Below are positions 38,101-49,094 of a DNA stretch of 64,000 nt, in pieces. Origin of the DNA: Sphagnum compactum (Eukaryota); the NCBI GenBank assembly GCA_965153455.1, contig OZ234493.1:17474213-17538212 (forward strand), given 5' to 3'. Below the pieces are notes generated by a model. It did no database searches and had not been told where the DNA came from. It saw nothing but the letters and a program-made list of their open reading frames with translations. Numbering within the stretch: the first letter of the stretch is position 1; each line of letters starts with the position of its first letter. The translations under genes were made by a program, and so were the position numbers.

Positions 38101-38923
38101 CCCAGTGCGCGTCTCTCCTCGCATCCCTCATGTGTTCGGTCACACAAACCATCCCTCAACCAGCCGTGCCGCCACCGCCCGAGGATCAAACGCACGAAGT
38201 TCGTTCTCTGCAAGCTCTTCGTCGACTGGGCCACGGACAGTGGACGTGCAAGGAACAAGGCTTGGCTGTGACGTTGGTCCTCGAAAACAGGCTCGATTTG
38301 TTGGTGGTCATGCCCACCGGACATGGTAAATCGGCTGTGTTCATGATCCCGCCGATGGTCACCGCTCGCACCGTCATCGTGGTGGTGCCTCTGACGATCC
38401 TCGTCCGCGGACACGAAGCGGACGCGACCCGAACCGGCTTACGACACGCGACCTACGGCACGGACACGATCAGATTTGACGATCCTCCGTCCATCTTGTT
38501 CGTATCGGTGGAACGTGCAGCCACTTCGAGGTTCGTGGAAATCGCACATACGTTGAACCATTTGCAAAAGCTTCATTGCATCGTCGTGGATGAAGCGCAT
38601 TTACTATTGTCGGATTTCAGACCCGTCATGAAGCGCCTGTTGCCGTTGTGGGCCGTGGGATGCCAGCTCGTCGCGTTGACGGCCTCCCTGTCCCCTTCTC
38701 AAGAGACGGACCTCAAGATCGTGATGTCCACGAGATTCGCCGTCGTCCGGATGTCCACGGTGCGCCCCCTGATCGAGTACGTCGTCGATGAAGTGGCCGA
38801 TGTGGACGAGGAAATCGTTCGACAACTCATCGAATGGGATTGCAACGTTTCTTCCGAGACGGATAGGGCCATGGTGTATTGCTTGACGCGATAGTCGGTC
38901 GAGCAAGTGGTGTCCATGGCCAA
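35199..38923 (+). pseudogene. C2H2 zinc fingers + DUF3505/OrsD-like region + tyrosine-recombinase-like domain + RecQ-type DEAH helicase (fungal telomere-linked-helicase architecture); four nonsense codons, truncated by an LTR
   Basis: One frame runs from ATG 35199 through ORFs 35484, 35706 and 37692, with stops at 35400, 35664, 37683 and 38892. Zinc fingers: CPEC..HRQLVH, CPMEGC..HFKGRH, LCRVC..HLLGH, CEADGC..HRRANH. DUF3505-like: VQRLF...YFGV and SPWLRVSRW. Recombinase-like: GGPPRGEE, YHK, DYRH, GHSSTTTARQY. Helicase: Walker A MPTGHGKS (38310-38333), VVVPL, VDEAH (DEAH 38589-38600), DFRP, LTAS, MVYCLTR. Motifs V-VI are missing because the LTR begins at 38924. Confidence 0.85.
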
Positions 38924-39959
38924 TGACGCACTCCCAAGTTCCTAGTGGACCCACTTGAGGGTCCAAGTATGTGGCAATGCGGAAGGAGTTGGAACTTGGA
39001 GCACGCTCCCGACTTCTAGCACTAGAGGGGGGGGTGAGAGGGGTGTGCTAGAAGTCCCGGGATAGACTAGGAAGAATTGACAAGCTTATTCACTCACACG
39101 GGCCTGCACACAACCCACACAAAGTGGTTAGTGCATAGTTGGAGCACCTTTGGTGCTAGGACGAGCCACGGGCAACACGGACACACAAGACTCACCACGG
39201 CCCGGACTTGGGGGAAGCCACCACCTTCCCCCTTATAGTATACTCTGCAGCTCTCCACGGAGGCTACATCCAAATGGCTATTTTTCCCGGGACTCCCGCG
39301 TGGGAGTCCCGAAATCGCGCCAAATGCGACTCCCGCGACTTTGGAGCCCCATAACTTTGCGAGCAGACCTCGGATCGCGATGCGGTCTGAAGCAAAGTTG
39401 TAGCTCTCGTCGAGAGCTTTCCAACGATATGTCGCACGTCCTCTGCAGCCTAGTATTTCGGGTCGATTCCCGACTTTTAGTGGTCGGGAGTCAAAACTGG
39501 CAGACTCCCGGGAATTCGACTCCCGATCCTTCTTTTGGCCATAACTTGTGTTTCAGATGTCCAAATGAGCTATGCGAGCCCATTTTAGATATCTACGCTT
39601 CAAGAGCTTTCCAATGATATAAAGAACGCCACAAGACATTGAGGTTTGACACCTGCAATTGCTCTCTGAAGTTTCGGGAGTCCACCGGGACTCCATCTCC
39701 CCAAAGTGGGAGTTGCCTTGGGAGTGTGAGTGTTCACTCCCTCACACTCCCTCACACTTTCTTACACTCCCGGGAGTGTGATGTGACTCCCGGGCTTTCT
39801 CTTGCCTTGGCTCCCGGGCTTCCTCTTGGTTTAACTCCCGAGCAACCTCTTGGTTTAACTCCCGAGCAACCTCTTGGTTTAACTCCCGGGTTTCCTCTTG
39901 ACCCGCAACCTTATAACCCCTTTGCCTTTGGTCCCGGGCCCAAAGCTAGGGTTGCGACA
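38924..39959 (-). repeat. 3' LTR of element 1 (1036 bp)
   Basis: tgacgcactccc...gggttgcgaca, adjacent to the polypurine tract (ctctccccc on +). Confidence 0.95.
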
Positions 39960-40746
39960 CTCTCCCCCACTAGAAGGAGAGGTCAATGTCCTCATTGACA
40001 CTTAGAATTTCTTTCAACAATTATAATTGCTTTCTTTTGGATCCTTGGCCATCAAATGCCGACTCCTTGCGGCCGGACCTTGCCTCAAGCTAACTTAGGC
40101 GTCCCCAAGCTTCCAACACTCTCTTGGCAAGTCCAAGGGTGTCTCAATAGAAACCCTCCATCGCTTCGTCAAAAGACCTAACTAGCCTAATTGACGAAGC
40201 CCTCATTTGGGAGGCCATTCTTTCAACCTTCCCTTCATGAGGAACTCAAGCCAAGCCTAATCTTGACCTAAGCTACTTGACATGACTCCTTTCGCAATCT
40301 TGCGCCTTGATCACAACAATCAAGCCTTTCCTAAAGGTATGCTTATCAAGGTACGAGAAGCGACGTTTAGGCTTTGCAAAAGCCTAAGTCCCAAGATACG
40401 CGATTATAGTACACGAACGGGGTCATGACTTCCCGCGTTGGCCGCCACTACCAACCAACCCCTTGGGATGCACTTTGGGCATGTGCACGTCCCCGCAAGC
40501 TCACCTTGCTTGCCTCCTCTTTTCGGACCAAGATTTCTCCTAGCCCCCAAGTAGGAGTCCGATTTTGATTTGGGCTTACGCAAGAAAGTTCCATTTGTCC
40601 ATGCCACTTGACAACGCCCCCTTTTCTAACATATTATTATGTTTGTGATGCAATCTCTCGGAAGTCTTTAGCCTTTATTTCACTTACAACTTGATTTGGT
40701 ACATTTGTGTAACTTTCCGCCCCTTAAAAGAAAGGTGATGTCCTCA

Positions 40747-43700
40747 TCACGCTCTATGTTTCCTTTGCCTTTTAGCCGGTCTATTGTGGAATTCTTCTAT
40801 GGCTTCTTGGGCATGTTCCATGTCGGACTCATTCACCCAAGATGCCTCTATTGGATGGTATCCTTTCCACTTGACCAAGTACTCCCGCTCTTGCCCCTTT
40901 AGTTGCCTTGACTTGAGCACGGCCTCCACTTCAAATTCCGGTTCATTATGAACCAAATCCGGAGGGGGCCTTGAGTTGTGCTCTCGATCGGGCCTTGAGG
41001 CATCACGGACGACCGGCTTCAAAAGCGAAACATGAAATATGGGGTGAACCTTGAGATTTTCCGGTAGTTCTAACTTGTAAGTGTCGGGAAATTTCTTTTC
41101 CAACACTTTGAATGGACCCGCATATGGGCCCAAGAACTTATGGCTCAATCCTTCGGGCAACCGGAAGTTCTTGATGTTCAACCATACTTCATCCCCTTCT
41201 TCAAAATTCACCTCTCGACGGGACTTGTCCGCAAAACTCTTGTACCTTTTATGCGCCTTCTCAAGATTGGCCTTGGCCATCTCCCACAAGCGTCGCCTTT
41301 CTTCATCAAGTTGTGTGACCATGGGCACTTCCTCACTTGCATCACTTGGGGGTTGCCCAACCCAAGTTGTGGGCACAATTGGTGACTTGCCCGTCACCAT
41401 TTGAAATGGGGTGGCCCCCGTTGCCGAATGCTCCGAATTGTTGTAACAAAATTCGGCCAACTCCAAATGGTCCACCCAATCTTGTTGATCCGCTGCCACA
41501 TAATTCCTTAGGAATTGTTGGATCACCAAGTTCACCCTCTCGGTTTGTCCATCCGTTTGAGGCCGAAAGGAAGTGCTCATCTTGAGCTCGGACCCCATGC
41601 GCTTCCACAAGGCTCTCCAAAACTTGCTTGTGAACTTGGGGTCTCGGTCCGACACAATGTCCTTTGGGAGGCCATGATGCTTGAACACGTGGGTGAAGAA
41701 CAACCTTCCCGTCTCTTGGGCCGTGGCACTATCCTTGGTAGGAATGAAATGTGCCATCTTGCTAAACCGATCCACCACCACCATGATCGCATCAAACCCC
41801 TTTGATGGTGGCAAACTCACCATGAAATCCATGGAGACACTTTCCCACGGCCCTTCCGGAATGGGTAACGGTCGCAACAATCCCGCTTGCTTTTTATTGA
41901 GTGCCCGGTTTTGTTGGCAAGTCAAGCAAGTCTTCACGTATTCCTCCGCATCCTCCTTCAAGTTGGGCCAATAATAGGACTTCTTGAGGAATGTGGTGGT
42001 GCGCTTTGCACCACCGTGACCCGCAAGGGGCCCATCATGGCATTCCTTCAAAAGCACATCTCTTAGCCTCCCTTTTGGAACATAGAGCCGACTTTGCTTA
42101 TACCACAAAAGTCCATCTCGCAAGTGGAAGTGGGACTTGATCCCCTTTTGAATGTCTTGCTTCCTTTCCTTGGCAAATTCATCCCGACGGCTCCCAAGTC
42201 GAACATCCTTTTGGAACTTTGTTTCTCCCACATACACCACTTTGAGTTGGTGTTTCCGACTCAATGCGTCCGGCACCACATTTTCCTTCCCGGGCTTATG
42301 CCGAATGTCCACATTGAACAAAGCCAATGTGTCTTGCCATCTCACTTGTTTTGATGACAACTTTGGTTGAGTTGCGAAGTACTTCAAGGTGACATTGTCG
42401 GTCCACACCACCACATCTTTGGAACCTATGTAATGGCCCCAAGTCTTGAGACAATGTATCACGGCCCACATTTCCTTTTCATGGGTTGGCCACCTTCGCT
42501 CCGTCTCATTCAACTTCTTGCTTTCGAAGGCCACCGGCCTTCCATCTTGCACTAGGACTCCTCCTATGGCAAAGTCGGACGCATCGGAATGGATCTCAAA
42601 GTCCTTGTCAAAATCGGGCAACTTCAACACGGGCGCCTTCACCAAAATGCCTTTCAAAGTCTCAAAGGCCTCATTGCATGCCTCCTCCCATTCATAAGTC
42701 CCGGATGACTTCTTCAAAAGGTTTGTCAAAGGTGTGGCTATCTTTGCAAAGTTCTTGATGAACTTGCGATAATAAGAAGCCAATCCCAAAAAGGACCTTA
42801 AGGCGGGAACGGACTTAGGTGGTTCCCAATCCAAGATTGCTTTCACCTTGTGGTCATCCATTTTCAAACCTTCTTGGGTGATCCTATGCCCAAGGAAGTC
42901 CACCTCCGACACTCCAAACTCACACTTCTCGAACTTGGCATACAACTTGTTTTCTTTTAACCTTTGGAACACCTTACGAAGGTGCTCCGCATGCTCCTCC
43001 AAGGAGCTACTATAGATCAAAATGTCGTCTATGTAGACGACCACAAAATCATCAAGCCACTCTCGGAAAATGTCATTCATGAGGGTGCAAAATGTGGCGG
43101 GTGCATTGGTGAGCCCAAATGGCATCACCAAGAATTCATATGAACCATACCTTGTGCGGCAAGCGGTTTTCTCTTCATCCCCTTGTGCAATTCGAATTTG
43201 GTAGTATCCCGAACGTAGGTCAATCCTACTAAACACTTTGGCTCCCGAAAGCCGATCAAACAAGTCATCAATCCGAGGCAATGGGTACCGATTCTTCACC
43301 GTCACCTTGTTGAGGGCTCTATAATCTACGCACATCCTCAAAGTCCCATCCTTCTTGTGAGCAAAAAGGACGGGCGCCCCATATGGTGACTTGCTAGGCT
43401 TGATGTATCCCTTTGCAAGGAGTTCTTCGAGTTGAACCTTGAGCTCTTTTAACTCTTCATGACTCATTCGATACGGGGCCTTAGCGGGAGGTGCCACTCC
43501 CGGGACCACCTCAATGGCATGGTCCACTTGTCTTCTCGGGGGCAACTCGTCGGGCAACTCTTCGGGCATCACATCCGGGAATTCCTCTAACACTTGCTTG
43601 ATGCACTTGTGGGGGCTCACCACCTTGGTGGCCTCCTTTGGTTCAAACTCATCCAACACCCGCATCACACATAACATGCCGTAGCCTCCCCCACATTCTT

Positions 43701-45237
43701 TTTCCAAGTTCTTTCCCAACATCAAGTGGATGGTGGTCTCACCCACACTAGGCACTTCATGTGCCTTCACCCGCACAATCCCACTCTTGGATGGGATCCT
43801 AACTAGCCTATTGTGCCCTTCTATGAGCACATTGTTTTGTGTGATGAATTCCATTCCCAAAATGCAATCCATGCCCCCTAAGGTGGAGACTAACAAATCC
43901 ACCTTGCCTCTCCAATTCCCCATTTGGAGCGGCACATCTCTTGCTTGCAACTTGGTGGGATGGGGAATCCCATCCGCAAAATGCACCTCTATGGGTGCCT
44001 TGAGCTCCTCCAACCGGAGCTCCATTCTTTGGGCACTTTCTTGGGTTATGAAGTTGTGGGAAGCGCCTGTGTCCAAAAGACATAAAACTTCCCGCTTAGA
44101 AACTTTCCCTTTTAAGAAAATAAGGCGGTTACATTCACCTTCGGCTAGGTGGGAGGTGAGGGCAATTACCTTAGAAGCCCCACTCCCCGGTTTGGGTTTG
44201 GGGCAATCTTTGGAGTAATGGCCCACTTCATTACAATTGAAACATGTTCCCTTAGGTTTGCCACTAACATCTCCTTTGGGTTGGCTCCCTTTGAAAGGAG
44301 CCCCTTTCTTCACAAAATTTCCCTTGGGTTTGAAACCCGAGCCTTGGAATTGTTTAGGTTTTTCCCCTTTTGAGGTGTCTTGGCCTCGGTTCCATTCCCC
44401 TTCATGGCGTGCCTTCTTATGAGGGAACTTGTTATCCCTTTTGAATCCGGACTTCTCACCACGCCCAACATCCGAAAAGCCTTCCACTTTCATGATGGCT
44501 TCGGTTAGTGAGGTGGGCCAATTCTCCTCAAGCTTGCGTTTGGCCCAAGTGGGAAGTCCCATCACAAAGTGGCACACCCGGTCTAACTCATGCATATGTC
44601 GAATCTCAAGCATGAGTTCGGAGTAAGCCCTCACATATTGGCGCAAGTTGTCATTGCTCCCATTCTCAAGGTCACGGAGTTTGCATCTTGAAATGTAGTC
44701 GGAATTCTTGGGAATGAATTCCAACTCAATACGCTCCTTGAAGAATTCCCATGTGTAGCCATGGGTCTTCCCTTCTTCTTGCCTCACCGTCCTCCACCAT
44801 GTGGAGGCATAGCCCTTCAAATAGGATTGGGCAAGTTCCACGGCCGAATGCCGACCAACCTTGGCGGCATGAAGGTAGTCCTCCATTTCCGCAAGCCAAG
44901 CATCCACAACCTTCCGATCCCGGGCCCCATCAAAGTTCCCGGGCCTAGCGGGCTTGAACCCCACACTTTTGGATGAGCCTCCCTTGAGGGCCTCAACCAA
45001 TTCACTAAAATCGGGCCTATTCATTTTGAGTAAGACCTCCAATTGTTCCGGGGTGAAGAGCACCGCATTAGGTTGCTCCTCTTCATTTTCATGCTCCTCA
45101 AGGCTAACACGGTCTTCTTCATCTTCGGAATGGTTTTGTTCCTCCTCCCTCATAGCTTCGGGAGGAACATCTAGGTCTTGGGTGGGTTCTTCCACCACGG
45201 GCTCTTGGACTAGCTTGCGGGTCTTCCTTGGTGCCAT
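40747..45237 (-). CDS. Gag-Pol polyprotein (gag, CCHC knuckle, aspartic protease, RT, RNase H, integrase, chromodomain), 1496 aa
   Basis: [37 protein letters not shown]...CLTC, SMDF...SDRD...TE, GPF, FEVEAVL...YLVKWKGY...SW. Confidence 0.97.
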   Translation of the reverse strand: MAPRKTRKLVQEPVVEEPTQDLDVPPEAMREEEQNHSEDEEDRVSLEEHENEEEQPNAVLFTPEQLEVLLKMNRPDFSELVEALKGGSSKSVGFKPARPGNFDGARDRKVVDAWLAEMEDYLHAAKVGRHSAVELAQSYLKGYASTWWRTVRQEEGKTHGYTWEFFKERIELEFIPKNSDYISRCKLRDLENGSNDNLRQYVRAYSELMLEIRHMHELDRVCHFVMGLPTWAKRKLEENWPTSLTEAIMKVEGFSDVGRGEKSGFKRDNKFPHKKARHEGEWNRGQDTSKGEKPKQFQGSGFKPKGNFVKKGAPFKGSQPKGDVSGKPKGTCFNCNEVGHYSKDCPKPKPGSGASKVIALTSHLAEGECNRLIFLKGKVSKREVLCLLDTGASHNFITQESAQRMELRLEELKAPIEVHFADGIPHPTKLQARDVPLQMGNWRGKVDLLVSTLGGMDCILGMEFITQNNVLIEGHNRLVRIPSKSGIVRVKAHEVPSVGETTIHLMLGKNLEKECGGGYGMLCVMRVLDEFEPKEATKVVSPHKCIKQVLEEFPDVMPEELPDELPPRRQVDHAIEVVPGVAPPAKAPYRMSHEELKELKVQLEELLAKGYIKPSKSPYGAPVLFAHKKDGTLRMCVDYRALNKVTVKNRYPLPRIDDLFDRLSGAKVFSRIDLRSGYYQIRIAQGDEEKTACRTRYGSYEFLVMPFGLTNAPATFCTLMNDIFREWLDDFVVVYIDDILIYSSSLEEHAEHLRKVFQRLKENKLYAKFEKCEFGVSEVDFLGHRITQEGLKMDDHKVKAILDWEPPKSVPALRSFLGLASYYRKFIKNFAKIATPLTNLLKKSSGTYEWEEACNEAFETLKGILVKAPVLKLPDFDKDFEIHSDASDFAIGGVLVQDGRPVAFESKKLNETERRWPTHEKEMWAVIHCLKTWGHYIGSKDVVVWTDNVTLKYFATQPKLSSKQVRWQDTLALFNVDIRHKPGKENVVPDALSRKHQLKVVYVGETKFQKDVRLGSRRDEFAKERKQDIQKGIKSHFHLRDGLLWYKQSRLYVPKGRLRDVLLKECHDGPLAGHGGAKRTTTFLKKSYYWPNLKEDAEEYVKTCLTCQQNRALNKKQAGLLRPLPIPEGPWESVSMDFMVSLPPSKGFDAIMVVVDRFSKMAHFIPTKDSATAQETGRLFFTHVFKHHGLPKDIVSDRDPKFTSKFWRALWKRMGSELKMSTSFRPQTDGQTERVNLVIQQFLRNYVAADQQDWVDHLELAEFCYNNSEHSATGATPFQMVTGKSPIVPTTWVGQPPSDASEEVPMVTQLDEERRRLWEMAKANLEKAHKRYKSFADKSRREVNFEEGDEVWLNIKNFRLPEGLSHKFLGPYAGPFKVLEKKFPDTYKLELPENLKVHPIFHVSLLKPVVRDASRPDREHNSRPPPDLVHNEPEFEVEAVLKSRQLKGQEREYLVKWKGYHPIEASWVNESDMEHAQEAIEEFHNRPAKRQRKHRA

Positions 45238-45272
45238 CGAAACTCCCCAATAAGTGGATCGAGCTCACCGGC

Positions 45273-45284
45273 GCTCTGATACCA
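45273..45284 (-). other. Primer-binding site (tRNA-iMet) of element 1
   Basis: The reverse complement is TGGTATCAGAGC, 2 nt from the LTR end. Confidence 0.92.
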
Positions 45285-45286
45285 AG

Positions 45287-46274
45287 TGACGCACTCCCAA
45301 GTTCCTAGTGGACCCACTTGAGGGTCCAAGTATGTGGCAATGCGGAAGGAGTTGGAACTTGGAGCACGCTCCCGACTTCTAGCACTAGAGGGGGGGGTGA
45401 GAGGGGTGTGCTAGAAGTCCCGGGATAGACTAGGAAGAATTGACAAGCTTATTCACTCACACGGGCCTGCACACAACCCACACAAAGTGGTTAGTGCATA
45501 GTTGGAGCACCTTTGGTGCTAGGACGAGCCACGGGCAACACGGACACACAAGACTCACCACGGCCCGGACTTGGGGGAAGCCACCACCTTCCCCCTTATA
45601 GTATACTCTGCAGCTCTCCACGGAGGCTACATCCAAATGGCTATTTTTCCCGGGACTCCCGCGTGGGAGTCCCGAAATCGCGCCAAATGCGACTCCCGCG
45701 ACTTTGGAGCCCCATAACTTTGCGATCAGACCTCGGATCGCGATGCGGTCTGAAGCAAAGTTGTAGCTCTCGTCGAGAGCTTTCCAACGATATGTCGCAC
45801 GTCCTCTGCAGCCTAGTATTTCGGGTCGATTCCCGACTTTTAGTGGTCGGGAGTCAAAACTGGCAGACTCCTGGGAATTCGACTCCCGATCCTTCTTTTG
45901 GCCATAACTTGTGTTTCAGATGTCCAAATGAGCTATGCGAGCCCATTTTAGATATCTACGCTTCAAGAGCTTTCCAATGATATAAAGAACGCCACAAGAC
46001 ATTGAGGTCTGACACCTGCAATTGCTCTCTGAAGTTTCGAGAGTCCACCGGGACTCCATCTCCCCAAAGTGGGAGTTGCCTTGGGAGTGTGAGTGTTCAC
46101 TCCCTCACACTCCCTCACACTTTCTTACACTCCCGGGAGTGTGATGTGACTCCCGGGCTTGCTCTTGGTTTAACTCCCGAGCAACCTCTTGGTTTAACTC
46201 CCGGGTTTCCTCTTGACCCGCAACCTTATAACCCCTTTGCCTTTGGTCCCGGGCCCAAAGCTAGGGTTGCGACA
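45287..46274 (-). repeat. 5' LTR of element 1 (988 bp, two 24-bp units shorter than its 3' LTR)
   Basis: Same termini as the 3' LTR. It lacks 48 bp in the internal ctcttggtttaactcccg array and differs by at least four further substitutions. Confidence 0.95.
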
Positions 46275-47082
46275 CTGGCCAAAACGTTGGCCAGGCAGTT
46301 TCATACCTTTCTCCCGAGTATAATAAGGCCAAATCAGACTGGTTTTGTCGAGGGAAGGAGCATCCTCGATAATACCTTCCTGGCACAAGAAGCTCAGGAC
46401 TGGGCTGAAGAGAGCAACCAGGACTTCGAGAAGGCCTTTGATAGGATCGAATGGAGCTTTTTGTTCGAAGCCCTGGCAAAGCTCGGGTTCTGCCCACAAT
46501 GGATCTGGTGGGTGAGTTCGCTGTACAAGTCAGCTTCGTCGACCATCAAACTCAATGGAGTCGAGGGGAGCACCTTCCCGCTCGCCAGGTCAGTGAGGCA
46601 GGGGTGCCCGCTCTCACCCTACCTTTTCATCTTGGCAACGGACGTCCTAGGGCACATGCTAGACGATCATCGCTTCGGGGTGGAAGGTCTAGCCCTCCCG
46701 GGAGGAGGGAAAATCACAGACCAGACCTTCGCGGACGACACCGCGCTCTACCTGCAAGGAACACGCGACAACATGGAAAGGACGCAAAAAGTCCTGGACA
46801 TATGTTGTAGAGTGTCGGGAGCAAAAATAAACTGGCACAAAACGGCCGCGATCTGGGCCAGTAAAAGAAACAAAGAGTGGGAATGGGGCTAGGAGGTGGG
46901 ACTCCAGTGGGTCCCGGAAGGCAAAGGGGTGAGATATTTAGGAATCCAGGTGGGATTCCATCTCCCCTCTAAAGCCAATTTCGACAAGATGCTATCCGCC
47001 CTTAAAAGCAAGCTAATCAATTGGAGTACATGCCGCCTCTCACTAGCGGGGAGGATCCTGGTGGCGAACCAGGTCCTCCTCG

Positions 47083-47166
47083 TGTCGCAACCCTAGCTTT
47101 GGGCTCGCGACCAAGGCTAAGGGGGTTGCAAGGTTGTGGGCCAAAAAGGAAAGAAACCCGGGAGTC
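47083..47166 (+). repeat. 5' stub of a related Gypsy LTR inside the LINE
   Basis: tgtcgcaaccctagctttgggctcgcgaccaagg...gaaacccgggagtc, then a return to LINE sequence. Confidence 0.85.
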
Positions 47167-47233
47167 GACCAATGTTGCCGAAGTGCTTAGACAACCGGTC
47201 TTTGGCAATCCCCTCGTAACAAACCAGGACAGC

Positions 47234-48176
47234 TGTCGCAACCCTAGCCTTGGCTCGCGACCAAGGCAAGGGGGTCACAAGTGTGCGGGCCTATAAGTAG
47301 ACCCGGGAGTCATATCACATGCTCCCGGGAGTGCAAAGAGTGTGAGGGAGTGAACCCTCACACTCCCAAGTGAACTCCCATGTTGGGAGTTGGTGAGAGT
47401 GGAGTCCCAAAAGGACTCCCGAAACTTCAGAGAGCGATTTGAGGGGTCAAAACTCAATGGCTTGTTGCGTTCTTTATATCAATGGAAAGCTCTTGAAGTG
47501 TAGATGTCTAAAATGGGCTCGCATTGCTCATTTGGACATCTAAAACACAAGTTATGGCCAAAAGAAGGCCCGGGAGTCGAACTCCCGGGAGTCCGCCAGT
47601 TTTGACTCCCGACCACTAAAAGTCGGGAATCAACCCGAAATACTTGGCTGCAGAAAACGTGCGACATACCGTTGGAAAGGTCTTGACAAGACCTACAACT
47701 TTGCTTTAAACGACAACTCAATTGGAGGTCTGCTCCGAAAGTTATGACGCTTCAAAGTCGCGGGAGTCCCGAAAATGCGCGATTTCGAGACTCCCACGCG
47801 GGAGTCCCGGGACAAAAAGGCCATTTGGATGCCACCCCCGCGACGAGTCACAGAGTATACTATAGGGAGTAAGGTGGTGGCTTACTCCCGAGCCCGGGGT
47901 GTGGTGTGTCAAAGTGAGTCCGAGTTCACCCGTGGCTGTCCCAACACCAAAAGGATCCAGGATGAGTTCTAACCACTTTGTGTGGTTTCATGCAGGCCCG
48001 TGTGAGTGAGTAAAGCTTGTCAACTCTTCCTAGTCTTTCCCGGGACTTCTAGCACGCCTCTCTTACCCCCCCCTCTAGTGCTGGAAGTCGGGATCGTGCT
48101 CCAAGTTCCAACTCCTTCCGCATTGCCACATACTTGGACCCTCAAGTGGGTCCACTAGGAACTTGGGAGTGCGACA
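47234..48176 (+). mobile_element. Solo LTR of a related Gypsy subfamily, no TSD
   Basis: tgtcgcaacc...cttgggagtgcgaca, colinear with the element-2 LTR but diverged. Flanks ACAGC and TGCCA differ. Confidence 0.9.
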
Positions 48177-49094
48177 TGCCAGGTAAGAAATCGCCAATCT
48201 ATTGGATTTTTGAGTCTGGCTCTATCTCTGACCTCTCGTGGGATCCTGGAGACTGGCACTGGCAGGCGACGCGCAACATGGGCAACGCCCCCCTCTTTGG
48301 TTACTCTTCCAAGAGAGGGTACCAGAACGCGAGGAAAACGCAACACTCCCCCAGCATCATCACCTTCATCCAGGACCTGAATCTTCGCAACTCAACGGTC
48401 GCCCAGACCATTGCTAGAATGTGGCACAATGCCCGTCCCCGCAAGGTTGGAGCGCTCACCTGGCTGACCCTCAACAACGGGCTGCCGGTGGGCACCTGGC
48501 TCCAAACCATGGGGATACAGGCCCCCTGCAAAGGCTGCGACCAGGGACTCCAGGAGTCTGCCCGTCACTGCTTCATGGAATGCACTCCCGCCCAGAAGGC
48601 CTAGAATGAGCGTCTGGGGCGAATGGGACGCGCCCAACCACCTCTCCATCACCTGGCCCTTCGTTCTCCTTGGGGAAACGGTGTTCGAGGAGAAGGACGA
48701 CCCCCCAAACCTCCACAGCTACCACCCGGGTGGGTTCTCCTACAGGCGACAACCTCTCGATATCCTCAGGAGCTTTCTGCTCTATTACCTCTGGTCTGAA
48801 AGATGCCGAAGGCACTTCGATGGCCAATACTCTCTCAAAAGGGTTCTTCTCCAATCCTGGGAGGCTACGGCGGAGGTGGGCATGGCCACCTGGAAAGCCA
48901 TTAGATCCTCTAACCAGAATAGGACTTAGGACAATCAGAATAGGATTGAGCAAGCCTTTAAGGCTGAATGGCTTCACGGCCACATCTTTGGGGAGGGTGA
49001 GGTTGCCATTTCGTGGCGCCTACTCCCCCCCTTGTACTTTCTCAACTTTTCTAATGATTGATGGGGCTGTTGCCTCCCTCCCCGCATGGGGTTC

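Larger units (their letters stand above)
38924..46274 (-). mobile_element. Ty3/Gypsy chromovirus (Galadriel/Tcn1-like), element 1; full-length but without a TSD
   Basis: TG...CA LTRs at 38924-39959 and 45287-46274, PBS 45273-45284, PPT ~39960-39971, intact 1496-aa ORF. The flanking 5-mers GCCAA and CTGGC do not match. Confidence 0.97.
46275..49094 (+). mobile_element. Decayed L1-type LINE ORF2 (RT and C-terminal CCHC), 5'-truncated at the LTR and fragmented by LTR pieces
   Basis: LAKTLA..QTGFVEGRSILDN, DFEKAFDRIEW, SVRQGCPLSPYLF, FADDT, SGAKINWHK, RYLGI, LSLAGRILVANQVL. Also QPVFGNP (47166-47233) and CKGC...ESARHCFMEC. Stops at 46890 and 48602. Confidence 0.92.

Noticed and set aside
39150-39998. 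Repeated 155-aa and ~119-aa ORFs (also at 45513, 49628-50443 and 55957-56805) as extra genes
   Set aside because: They lie inside the LTRs, antisense to the element, start at non-ATG codons and have no recognisable domain. They recur only because the LTRs do.
41081-45253. Short overlapping ORFs within both gag-pol genes and within the 35199-38923 frame
   Set aside because: These are alternative-frame and antisense by-products of GC-rich coding sequence.
38918-46282. GGCCAA near both ends of element 1 as a TSD
   Set aside because: On the right it is offset by two bases (CT) from the LTR end and belongs to LINE codons L-A-K. The two flanks are unrelated genes.
46002-46892. 296-aa ORF as a novel fusion protein
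   Set aside because: It is a chance in-frame join of LTR sequence (to 46274) with the truncated LINE RT, and it ends at a premature stop.
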